Part shown: positions 8,793 through 15,691 of the stretch, piece by piece | Position numbering within the stretch: position 1 is the stretch's first letter | Layout: the number at the start of each line of letters is the position of its first letter | DNA from: an uncultured Gammaproteobacteria bacterium | GTDB taxonomy: Bacteria; Patescibacteriota; Microgenomatia; Levybacterales; UBA12049 | Reading direction: 5' to 3' | NCBI GenBank assembly: GCA_964565795.1 | Contig: CAZMGC010000001.1 | Span: 8,855 to 68,159, forward strand | DNA length: 59,305 nucleotides | Made by a program: the position numbers and the translations under genes | The notes under the pieces: model-generated | What the model was told of the DNA's origin: nothing | The model's input: only the letters and a program-made list of their open reading frames with translations | Database searches by the model: none

Positions 8793-9143
8793 CCAATAAG
8801 GAAATACGATATTCATGAGCGAATTTATAAGTTTGTGGTGGAAGTAATAAAATTAGTAAATTCTCTTCCCAAAACAGAATCGAATATCGTAATAATAAGA
8901 CAAATTTTAAGATCTGTGACCTCGATGGGTGCAAACGATCAAGAAGCGGACGGAACATTAACGAAAAAAGATTTTTTACATACATACACGATTGTTCGTA
9001 AAGAAGGAAAAGAAACAAATTTTTGGCTTTCGCTAATTTCTGACACAAACCTAACAATAAAAATAAGGTCAGACAAGCTTCTATCGGAGGGAAAAGAAAT
9101 TGTTTTGATTCTTAGCTCGATAATAAATAAAACGAGAAAATGA
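8772..9143 (+). CDS. Four-helix-bundle protein (23S rRNA intervening-sequence protein / Avd-like family)
   Basis: IHERIYKFVVEVIKLVNSLPK...IIRQILRSVTSMGANDQEADGTLTKKDFLHTYTIVRKEGKETNFWLSLI matches the conserved pattern of this family (LP...Q..RS.TS.GAN..EA......DF.....I..KE..ET..WL). I prefer the ATG at 8772 over the track start 8733, which overlaps the preceding gene by 29 nt. Confidence 0.8.
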   Translation: MSNTTNIPIRKYDIHERIYKFVVEVIKLVNSLPKTESNIVIIRQILRSVTSMGANDQEADGTLTKKDFLHTYTIVRKEGKETNFWLSLISDTNLTIKIRSDKLLSEGKEIVLILSSIINKTRK

Positions 9144-9161
9144 CCTATTGAAATATTAAGA

Positions 9162-9195
9162 AATATTGGTAGTATTGGTATGTATTTGTAGTATT
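9162..9195 (+). repeat. Right repeat arm (inverted copies of the 12-mers)
   Basis: Its reverse complement AATACTACAAATacataccAATACTACCAATATT matches the left arm. It ends 5 nt before the thyA ATG. Confidence 0.8.
9166..9194 (+). promoter_or_regulatory. Putative thyA promoter TTGGTA-17-TAGTAT embedded in the right repeat arm, 5 nt before the ATG
   Basis: TTGGTA at 9166-9171, TAGTAT at 9189-9194, ATG at 9200. Confidence 0.4.
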
Positions 9196-9199
9196 AATT

Positions 9200-10192
9200 A
9201 TGGCAGGAAAGAGACACCCCGAATATCAGTACCTCGAAATTGGAAAAGAAATTCTAAAAGATGGAATTAAGCAAACAGACCGCGGAACTGGAGTAGTCAC
9301 ATATAGTTTGTTTGGTCGAAAATCTGAATATGATTTATCAGAGAGTTTTCCGCTTCTTACAACTAAAAGAGTTTACTGGAATGGAGTAATTCAGGAGCTT
9401 TACTGGTTTTTCTCAGGTCAAACCAACATCAAATATTTAGTCGATCATAATACCCATATTTGGGATGATTATCCTTATAAAATTTTTAAAGAAAAAAATC
9501 CTAAGTCGAAAATGACTAAGGATGAATTTATAGAAAAAATTAAAACTGATGCAAAATTTGCAAAACTTCATGGTGAACTTCCGAGAATTTATGGAGAAAT
9601 GTGGAGAAAATGGCCGACTAGGAAAAAAGGAAAGACCGTAGATCAACTTCAGTGGATAGTGGACGAGGTAAAAGCTGATCCAAATGCACATAACTTGATA
9701 GTAAATTCCTGGAATCCTGAGTATCTATATACAATGGCGGATAAGGAAGATGCCTCCAGATTTCCAATTTGCCATAACATGTATCAGGTAAGTAACAGAA
9801 ATGGAAAACTCGATCTTATTCTTTATCAAAGAAGCTGTGATTATTTCCTGGGTGTTCCATTTAATATAGCTAGCTATTCACTTCTTTGTATAGTGCTCGC
9901 AAAGGTTATGGGGCTTAAGCCCGGTAAATTTATTCATATGTACGGAGATATTCATATTTATGAAAATCATATAGAGCAAGTAAAAGAAGAGATAAAAAGA
10001 AAACCAAAGCCATTTCCAAAAGTAAAGATAAATGGGAAAATTTCTAAATTAAATGATTTTAAGCCTGAAATGGTAGAGTTAGTCGGATACGAGCCTCACC
10101 CTTCAATTAAAGCCGAGCTCACTGTCGCCGGCGGTTTTTATCAGGGAAAGTTGAGTAAAGCGAAATCCGCCTCAGGAGGAAAAAAGAAGTAA
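9200..10192 (+). CDS. thyA: Thymidylate synthase (ThyA, long form with small-domain insert and Lys-rich tail)
   Basis: YLEIGKEIL..G....DRGTG..S.FG......L...FPLLTTKRV...G...EL.WF..G.TN, catalytic Cys context RFPICHNMYQ and LYQRSCD..LG.PFNIASY. Confidence 0.9.
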   Translation: MAGKRHPEYQYLEIGKEILKDGIKQTDRGTGVVTYSLFGRKSEYDLSESFPLLTTKRVYWNGVIQELYWFFSGQTNIKYLVDHNTHIWDDYPYKIFKEKNPKSKMTKDEFIEKIKTDAKFAKLHGELPRIYGEMWRKWPTRKKGKTVDQLQWIVDEVKADPNAHNLIVNSWNPEYLYTMADKEDASRFPICHNMYQVSNRNGKLDLILYQRSCDYFLGVPFNIASYSLLCIVLAKVMGLKPGKFIHMYGDIHIYENHIEQVKEEIKRKPKPFPKVKINGKISKLNDFKPEMVELVGYEPHPSIKAELTVAGGFYQGKLSKAKSASGGKKK

Positions 10193-10193
10193 T

Positions 10194-10937
10194 TTATTCT
10201 CCTCCTTTTTTCCAATCGACAGATTTTAGAATTCCTGTAAAAACATCTTCTCCTAAATCTATTTTCATTTCATTAATTTCTTCTTTACTTGGAGTTCTGT
10301 CTACAAAATTTATCTGCCCAATTTCATTTACTATTCCAAGCGGAGTCTGTTCATAAGCTTCTCCCATCTCGAGAACTGATGCTGCTGCGATGCAATCCAC
10401 GATATTTAGAGTTTCCACATGAAGAGGGCGTCCGAAAATATCTGGTTTTCCGATATAGCTTCTAATTGGCTCAAATCCGCACCATGAAAGTCCGACGGCT
10501 GTAACTCCGCGCCTCATAGGTGCCAGTTTGCTATCAGTTACAACCACTCCTAAATTTTTTATCTTATGTTTTTCTCTTAAATATTCCCAGATTTTATTTG
10601 TCGTTTCTGTCAAGTTTTCAGGCCAGAAAATATAGTATCCATTACCATTTGATTCATCAATTCCAGCTGATGCGATTAGAATATTATTTTTAATAGTTAA
10701 AAATACACCGAAGTTTACATATTCCTCAGGTAAATAAAGATCTGCTTCTTTTTTTACCAAGTCCGCTTTATTAATTTTTCCATTGTTTTTGAGAACTCTT
10801 CCCTGGGTAATAGAAATAATTTTCGAGGTAATAACTACGACATCTTTTTCCTGAAGCTTTGGTAATGATTTGTCAAGGATGTCAATAAGTTTATCTGAAA
10901 CTTCTACTTTTTTGGTTTTTATTGGTGTTACTTTCAT
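10194..10937 (-). CDS. CofE-like gamma-glutamyl ligase family protein (F420-0:gamma-glutamyl ligase homologue)
   Basis: 247 aa. VVVITSKIISITQGRV...ASAGIDESNG...VVVTDSKLAPMRRGVTAVGLSW.G...YIGKPDIFGRPL.VE..N..D.IAAA..LEMGE follows the CofE signature. Confidence 0.7.
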   Translation of the reverse strand: MKVTPIKTKKVEVSDKLIDILDKSLPKLQEKDVVVITSKIISITQGRVLKNNGKINKADLVKKEADLYLPEEYVNFGVFLTIKNNILIASAGIDESNGNGYYIFWPENLTETTNKIWEYLREKHKIKNLGVVVTDSKLAPMRRGVTAVGLSWCGFEPIRSYIGKPDIFGRPLHVETLNIVDCIAAASVLEMGEAYEQTPLGIVNEIGQINFVDRTPSKEEINEMKIDLGEDVFTGILKSVDWKKGGE

Positions 10938-11401
10938 GCTGTTTGAATTAAATCAGAAAGACCGTGTTCTTCTAGGAACGCGTGATCAGCTCCGTTTGGA
11001 TTTTCCCCCACAGGCCTTTTTATCCCTGCGATTGTACCATATGAAGGATGAGCAACGGCATCCTCTAATCTTTCTATTACGGCAGTTCCATGATGGGTCG
11101 CGTTATGGGTAAGCCAACTTGCGCCATCTTCAGCGACTAAAACAACTCCTACATGAAATAGTCTAGGGTCTTTATCGGGATTGTCAGTCAGAAAAGCGAT
11201 ATCACCTGTAGCTAATGGTTCATCTGGGGGTACAAATTTTGTGTGTTCTTCATCAACCCAGAGCTCAGCTGAGCGGGGAACATCAAGCATGCTTCTTCCA
11301 AGCGCCTCCACTACAATTCCAGTGTAAAGCTGACAATTCATTCCATCTCCTGGACTTTGTCTTGCAGCTTGTTTGGAAGTATTGCCTGGATGTCGATCCA
11401 A
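10934..11401 (-). CDS. NlpC/P60-like (papain-fold) hydrolase, compositionally atypical; start codon uncertain (TTG in the track)
   Basis: Cys23 (NCQLYTG), GDIAF at 66-70, H83 in FHVGVV and H99 in LTHN give the canonical Cys...GD[IL]xF...HVG...H spacing. The stop overlaps the CofE-like start (ATGA at 10934-10937). The only in-frame ATG is 2 codons before the catalytic Cys, so a non-ATG start or N-terminal decay is implied. Confidence 0.5.
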   Translation of the reverse strand: MDRHPGNTSKQAARQSPGDGMNCQLYTGIVVEALGRSMLDVPRSAELWVDEEHTKFVPPDEPLATGDIAFLTDNPDKDPRLFHVGVVLVAEDGASWLTHNATHHGTAVIERLEDAVAHPSYGTIAGIKRPVGENPNGADHAFLEEHGLSDLIQTA

Positions 11402-11493
11402 TCTGTACGGGATTTGAAGAATTCTTCTTTCTCTAATGAATTTATTTACCTCTTTCGCTGTATAATATAATGGTTAGAGTTCGATTTGTAAAT

Positions 11494-11997
11494 ATGATTA
11501 GTATAATTGCTGCAATTGATTCTAAAAGGGGACTTGGGAAAAATAATGATCTTTTATTTAGAATCCCTGAAGATTTTAAAAGAATGCAAAAAATCACAAT
11601 GGGTCACCCGATCATTATGGGCCGCCGCACTTTCGAATCAATCGGACGACTTCTTCCAGGACGCACTAACATTATTATAACTCGCGATCCTGAGTCTTAT
11701 AGTCTTCCAGCCTCGCAAGGCCAGGCCTTACGAGGCTACTTGGCTTCATCGCTTGATGAGGCGATTGAGATAGCTAAAGAAAGTCCTGGAGGCGAGGAGA
11801 TAGTTATTTTCGGGGGTGGACAGATTTTTACAGAAGCCATAGAAAAAGATTTAGTAGATGTTTTACATCTGACGGTTGTTGAAGGGGATTTCGGAGCTGA
11901 TACCTTTTTCCCAGATTATTCAAAATATACAGAAACAAACAGGGAAGAAAGAGAAGATGAAAATTATAAGTTTACTTTTCTAGATCTTTTGAGATAA
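11494..11997 (+). CDS. folA: Dihydrofolate reductase
   Basis: MISIIAAIDSKRGLGKNNDLLFRIPEDFKRMQKITMGHPIIMGRRTFESIG..LPGR.NII.TR is classical DHFR. The track start 11470 lies only 3 nt after a TATAAT (11461-11466), so the second ATG at 11494 is preferred. Confidence 0.85.
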   Translation: MISIIAAIDSKRGLGKNNDLLFRIPEDFKRMQKITMGHPIIMGRRTFESIGRLLPGRTNIIITRDPESYSLPASQGQALRGYLASSLDEAIEIAKESPGGEEIVIFGGGQIFTEAIEKDLVDVLHLTVVEGDFGADTFFPDYSKYTETNREEREDENYKFTFLDLLR

Positions 11998-12870
11998 TAG
12001 GGCACGCTCTGTAGCTGCTTCTAGTAAGGGATAAGAGTCGATAAACTCATGAATGTTTGGTACGATTTGCCTCATAACTCCAGGATTAAATCCAAATAAT
12101 GCTTTATTAAGTGCGCTTTTTACAGCAGATCTAAAATTGGGATCATTTTTTCCAACTTCATCAAGGCTTTTAACAGCGTCTAAGCTTAGAAGAGTTCCTA
12201 ACGATAGTCCTCCTGCGACGTCTGTAAGTTTCGGAACTCCTAAGCCCTGAATTTGTTCCGCTGAATAAAATCTATAAAATCCTTCGACATAATCAGTAAA
12301 ACCCTGAGGAGAGGAAAAATGTCTAATCAAGTTGGTGTCCAGCACTGCCGTTACTGAATCTGGATTCCCATTTCTTGATCCGCGACCTATAATATAGGTG
12401 CCTGTTTCTACTTCATAATATCCATCTCTGTGCTGTTCTGTTGCGCGTGCCATTTTACCTAAAGTGCGTCTAACGTCTTCAAGGGTTTGTGGTTTTCCAA
12501 GGCTTACAGCTGTCGCTGGGCGATCAGGGGTCAGTCTTTGACCTATATCTGAACTGTGAAGAACCAATGGTCTAGTTCTTACATCAGAGGCTATTACAAA
12601 ATTTCCTGGCCCGCTTGCAAAAGTTCCAATCCTATTATTAGGGTTTGAAGGATCCAGCACAAAATCAGCTTTATGTCTAGCTATTTGAACCATATCCGGA
12701 TGCTCGAGTTCCGGGTTTGGGCCTTCTATAAACATAACTCTATAATTAGAAAAAGATGCTAGTGACAATAGGTAGTGTTGTCTTCGGGGGCTTGTAGTTA
12801 CGCCAATAATTACAGAATCGGGTCGTGGTTCAGGTTCTCTGGCAGAATTGCCCAGAGTTTCTCTTGGCAT
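11980..12870 (-). CDS. Maf-like nucleoside-triphosphate pyrophosphatase homologue with insertions and a C-terminal extension, compositionally atypical
   Basis: IIGVTTSPRRQHYL (Maf: ASxSPRRxxLL), VIASDVRT (Maf: GADTVV) and LGKPQTLEDVRRTLGKM....H.....VETGTYII (Maf: GKP.....A...L..lsG..H.V.TG). 23 Arg against 9 Lys by hand count. The 3' end overlaps the folA 3' end by 18 nt. Confidence 0.5.
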   Translation of the reverse strand: MPRETLGNSAREPEPRPDSVIIGVTTSPRRQHYLLSLASFSNYRVMFIEGPNPELEHPDMVQIARHKADFVLDPSNPNNRIGTFASGPGNFVIASDVRTRPLVLHSSDIGQRLTPDRPATAVSLGKPQTLEDVRRTLGKMARATEQHRDGYYEVETGTYIIGRGSRNGNPDSVTAVLDTNLIRHFSSPQGFTDYVEGFYRFYSAEQIQGLGVPKLTDVAGGLSLGTLLSLDAVKSLDEVGKNDPNFRSAVKSALNKALFGFNPGVMRQIVPNIHEFIDSYPLLEAATERALLSQKI

Positions 12871-12879
12871 AATGCGCGC

Positions 12880-12908
12880 ATTTTATCACGATTATTTCGT
12901 ATTGACAA
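12880..12908 (-). promoter_or_regulatory. Putative promoter TTGTCA-17-TAAAAT, 9 nt before the ATG of the Maf-like gene
   Basis: rc of 12903-12908 is TTGTCA and rc of 12880-12885 is TAAAAT. Confidence 0.55.
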
Positions 12909-12930
12909 AATAAAGCACCCATAGTATTAT
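12902..12930 (+). promoter_or_regulatory. Putative guaB promoter TTGACA-17-TATTAT, 5 nt before the ATG (leaderless)
   Basis: TTGACA at 12902-12907, TATTAT at 12925-12930, ATG at 12936. Its -35 hexamer overlaps the -35 of the divergent promoter on the other strand. Confidence 0.6.
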
Positions 12931-12935
12931 TAATT

Positions 12936-14111
12936 ATGGACCACCAAAAAACTTCTTTCCCAATTTCCCTCACTTTTGACGACATTTTATTAGTTCCTGA
13001 TTACGCTGGATTTTCCCGCGATGATATCGATCTATCCACAAAACTTACAAAAAAGATCAAATTAAACCTTCCTTTTGTCTCGTCTCCTATGGATACTGTT
13101 ACTGAGTTTGAATTGGCAACCAAACTTGCCGAACTTGGTGGAATTGGAATAATTCACAGAAATCTATCTATCAAAGACCAAGCAGATCAGGTTCAAAAAG
13201 TTGTAAAAAAAGGCTTGATGGTCGGCGCCGCAGTGGGAGCTGGTAAAGGATTTGAGGATAGAGTGGAAGCATTGGTTAAGGCAAACGTTTCAGTTGTTGT
13301 TGTAGATAGTGCACACGGATACAGTAAGCAAATAATTGATGTAATTAAATTTATAAAAAAGAAATATCCAAAACTGGAAATAATTGGTGGAAATATAGCG
13401 ACCGGAGACGGTGCGAAAGCACTAATTTCAGCGGGAGCATCAGGACTTCGTGTAGGAATGGGGCCTGGGGCAATTTGCACTACCAGAGTTATTTCTGGAA
13501 TGGGAGTGCCACAGGTAACTGCAATAATGGAAACTGTAAAAGTTGCAAATAAATTTGGGATTCCTGTGATTGCTGATGGAGGAATTAAATATTCTGGGGA
13601 CATGGTAAAGGCTTTAGCGCTTGGCGCAAGTACTGTCATGATGGGAAGTTTTTTTGCTTCATGTGAAGAGGCGCCTGGAATTATTCATAAACTTCTGCCA
13701 TCTGAGGTGCCTGCAAGGTTTAAAAGTATTACTACTTGCGGTGGAGCATGTGAAACAATTGAAATTCATGCAAAGAAGCATATTTATAAATTTAAAGAAT
13801 ACAGAGGAATGGGCTCAATTGGAGCTATGCAAAAAGGCGCAAAAATAAAATCTGAAGGAGAGTTTCACGGAAAAAGTTATAAGGAAAGAGTGCTTGTTGC
13901 TGAAGGAGTAGAGGGATTAGTTCCAGTTAAAGGTTCTGTTTCAGATTTATTAGATCAAGCAACTGGAGGAATAAAGTCGGGAATGTATTATGTAGGTGCA
14001 AAAAATTTAAACCTTCTCAAGAAAGCTAAATTCACTCAGATTACACAAGCGTCTCTTACAGAATCACATCCACATGACGTTTTGATTACAAATGCAGGAC
14101 AAAACTATTAA
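12936..14111 (+). CDS. guaB: IMP dehydrogenase lacking the CBS/Bateman subdomain
   Basis: LTFDDILLVP, SSPMDTVTE, VVVDSAHGYS, catalytic loop VGMGPGAICTTR and YRGMGS. 391 aa is about 100 aa shorter than the canonical enzyme. Followed by guaA. Confidence 0.85.
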   Translation: MDHQKTSFPISLTFDDILLVPDYAGFSRDDIDLSTKLTKKIKLNLPFVSSPMDTVTEFELATKLAELGGIGIIHRNLSIKDQADQVQKVVKKGLMVGAAVGAGKGFEDRVEALVKANVSVVVVDSAHGYSKQIIDVIKFIKKKYPKLEIIGGNIATGDGAKALISAGASGLRVGMGPGAICTTRVISGMGVPQVTAIMETVKVANKFGIPVIADGGIKYSGDMVKALALGASTVMMGSFFASCEEAPGIIHKLLPSEVPARFKSITTCGGACETIEIHAKKHIYKFKEYRGMGSIGAMQKGAKIKSEGEFHGKSYKERVLVAEGVEGLVPVKGSVSDLLDQATGGIKSGMYYVGAKNLNLLKKAKFTQITQASLTESHPHDVLITNAGQNY

Positions 14112-15636
14112 TAATAAAAGAATATTTGTTATAGATTTCGGTGGACAAACCGCTCACCTCATAACCCGAAGATTAAAAGATCTTGGAATAGATTCTTCTT
14201 TAATTGATCCCGATAAATCTCTAAAAATTATTACTAAAGAAAATCCAGCAGGGATAATTTTTTCAGGAGGCCCTGCATCAGTATATGAAATTGGAGCGCC
14301 TAGTATAGACAAGAAAATCTTTGAACTTGGAATTCCAATTCTAGGAATTTGCTACGGATGGCAGTTAATGGCGTATCTTCTGGGGGGAGAAGTGGAGTCT
14401 GGAAATAAAGAGTATGGTCCAACGATTCTAACTATTTCAGGTTTTGATAACGTCTTTTATGGTCTTCCGAATTTTACAAAGGTAATTGAATCCCATGGAG
14501 ATACGGTTAAAAAAATGCCTGCAGGTTTTGTTTCAACGGCCAAAACAGAAACTGTAAAATTCGCTGCAGTAGAGAATTCTAAGAAAAAGTTTTACGGAGT
14601 TCAATTTCATCCTGAAGCACATCATTCAGAAAAAGGATCTGAAATGCTTGCAAATTTCGCTACTAGAGTTTGTAATTTAGGGCTCAGTCCTCAAAAAATT
14701 AATGTAGAGGAAATCGTAAATGAGATAAAAGAAAAAGTAGGAAATAAAAAAGTGATCGGAGCTTTTTCAGGAGGAACTGATTCCGCTGTGGCTGGAGCAC
14801 TTGTCGCAAAAGCAATTGGGAAAAATTTCATTCCATTTTTTGTAGACAGTGGCTTAATGCGAGAAGAAACAATCGGGCGAATTAAAAAAGATTTTCCAAA
14901 AGTTCTGGGAGTACCGGTCGAAATAATTTCAGCGCGTCCAGAGTTTTTAAAAGTTTTGAAAGGCGTAACGGATCCTGAGGAAAAAAGAAAAGCTGTAGGA
15001 AAGTTATATGTTGAGCTTTTTGAAAAAGAAATGAAGAGACACAAGGATGCGATCTTTCTTCTTCAAGGAACAACTTATGCAGACTTTATCCATTCTCAAG
15101 GTACAAAACTTTCTGCTAGAATTAAATCTCATCACAACGTAGGGGGTCTTCCAAAGGATATGAAGTTAAAGCTTCTTGAACCACTGAGATACTATTACAC
15201 AGATCAAGTTAGAGAAATTGGTGTAAAAATTGGTTTACCTCGTGATATGGTTTATCAACAGCCATTTCCTGGACCTGGGCATGCTGTAAGAATTGTCGGG
15301 GAAGTGACACCTGAGCGTTTGAAGCAGCAAATTCAAGCAGACATGATTGTCGTTGATGAGCTTAGAAAGAGCGGATGGTATAAAAAAGTTTTTCAGTGTT
15401 GGAGTATTATGACCGGGACAAATTCTACTGCTGTAAAAGGGGATGGGAGATTTTATGGAGAAGTTATAGCAGTGCGCATTGTAAATTCTAAGGACAGAAT
15501 GACTGCTGAGATTTCTCGTATTCCTTTTCCGGTTCTTGAGAAAATCGCTTCAAGAATAGTGAATGAAGTCCCAAATATTTCGAGAGTTGTTTATGATATT
15601 ACTTCCAAGCCGCCCGCAACTATGGAGTGGGAATGA
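14092..15636 (+). CDS. guaA: GMP synthase (glutamine-hydrolysing)
   Basis: GATase motif GICYGWQLM and HPE, ATP-PPase P-loop SGGTDSAV, C-terminal dimerisation end PPATMEWE. Confidence 0.92.
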   Translation: MQDKTINNKRIFVIDFGGQTAHLITRRLKDLGIDSSLIDPDKSLKIITKENPAGIIFSGGPASVYEIGAPSIDKKIFELGIPILGICYGWQLMAYLLGGEVESGNKEYGPTILTISGFDNVFYGLPNFTKVIESHGDTVKKMPAGFVSTAKTETVKFAAVENSKKKFYGVQFHPEAHHSEKGSEMLANFATRVCNLGLSPQKINVEEIVNEIKEKVGNKKVIGAFSGGTDSAVAGALVAKAIGKNFIPFFVDSGLMREETIGRIKKDFPKVLGVPVEIISARPEFLKVLKGVTDPEEKRKAVGKLYVELFEKEMKRHKDAIFLLQGTTYADFIHSQGTKLSARIKSHHNVGGLPKDMKLKLLEPLRYYYTDQVREIGVKIGLPRDMVYQQPFPGPGHAVRIVGEVTPERLKQQIQADMIVVDELRKSGWYKKVFQCWSIMTGTNSTAVKGDGRFYGEVIAVRIVNSKDRMTAEISRIPFPVLEKIASRIVNEVPNISRVVYDITSKPPATMEWE

Positions 15637-15650
15637 TATAGTTTTGCCCA

Positions 15651-15679
15651 TTGCAACGGGCTAATTCATTTAATATACT
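15651..15679 (+). promoter_or_regulatory. Putative glyA promoter TTGCAA-17-TATACT, 12 nt before the ATG at 15692
   Basis: TTGCAA at 15651-15656 and TATACT at 15674-15679. Confidence 0.5.
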
Positions 15680-15691
15680 CGCTGTAGTTTG

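Larger units (their letters stand above)
8762..9195 (+). mobile_element. IVS-like/MITE-like cassette: paired 12-nt repeat arms bracketing a four-helix-bundle protein gene
   Basis: Left arm 8762-8792 is AATACTACCAATgtcaAATACTACAAATATT. Right arm 9162-9195 is AATATTGGTAGTATTggtatgtATTTGTAGTATT, the reverse complement of both 12-mers. An ORF-less copy of both arms lies at 19370-19444. Confidence 0.4.

Noticed and set aside
8772-9143. Four-helix-bundle protein acting as Avd of a diversity-generating retroelement
   Set aside because: There is no reverse transcriptase ORF, no template/variable repeat pair and no C-type-lectin-fold target gene anywhere in the window.
13193-13639. 148-aa minus-strand ORF antisense to guaB. 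The same applies to other antisense or out-of-frame track ORFs, such as 14691..15073, 19879..20259, 32434..32769, 39675..40022, 44172..44486, 47212..47547, 53161..53659 and 56245..56574.
   Set aside because: Each lies entirely inside a well-supported gene on the other strand or in another frame. Their products are low-complexity Phe/Leu/Ser/Ile-rich sequences, as expected from antisense reading of AT-rich coding DNA.
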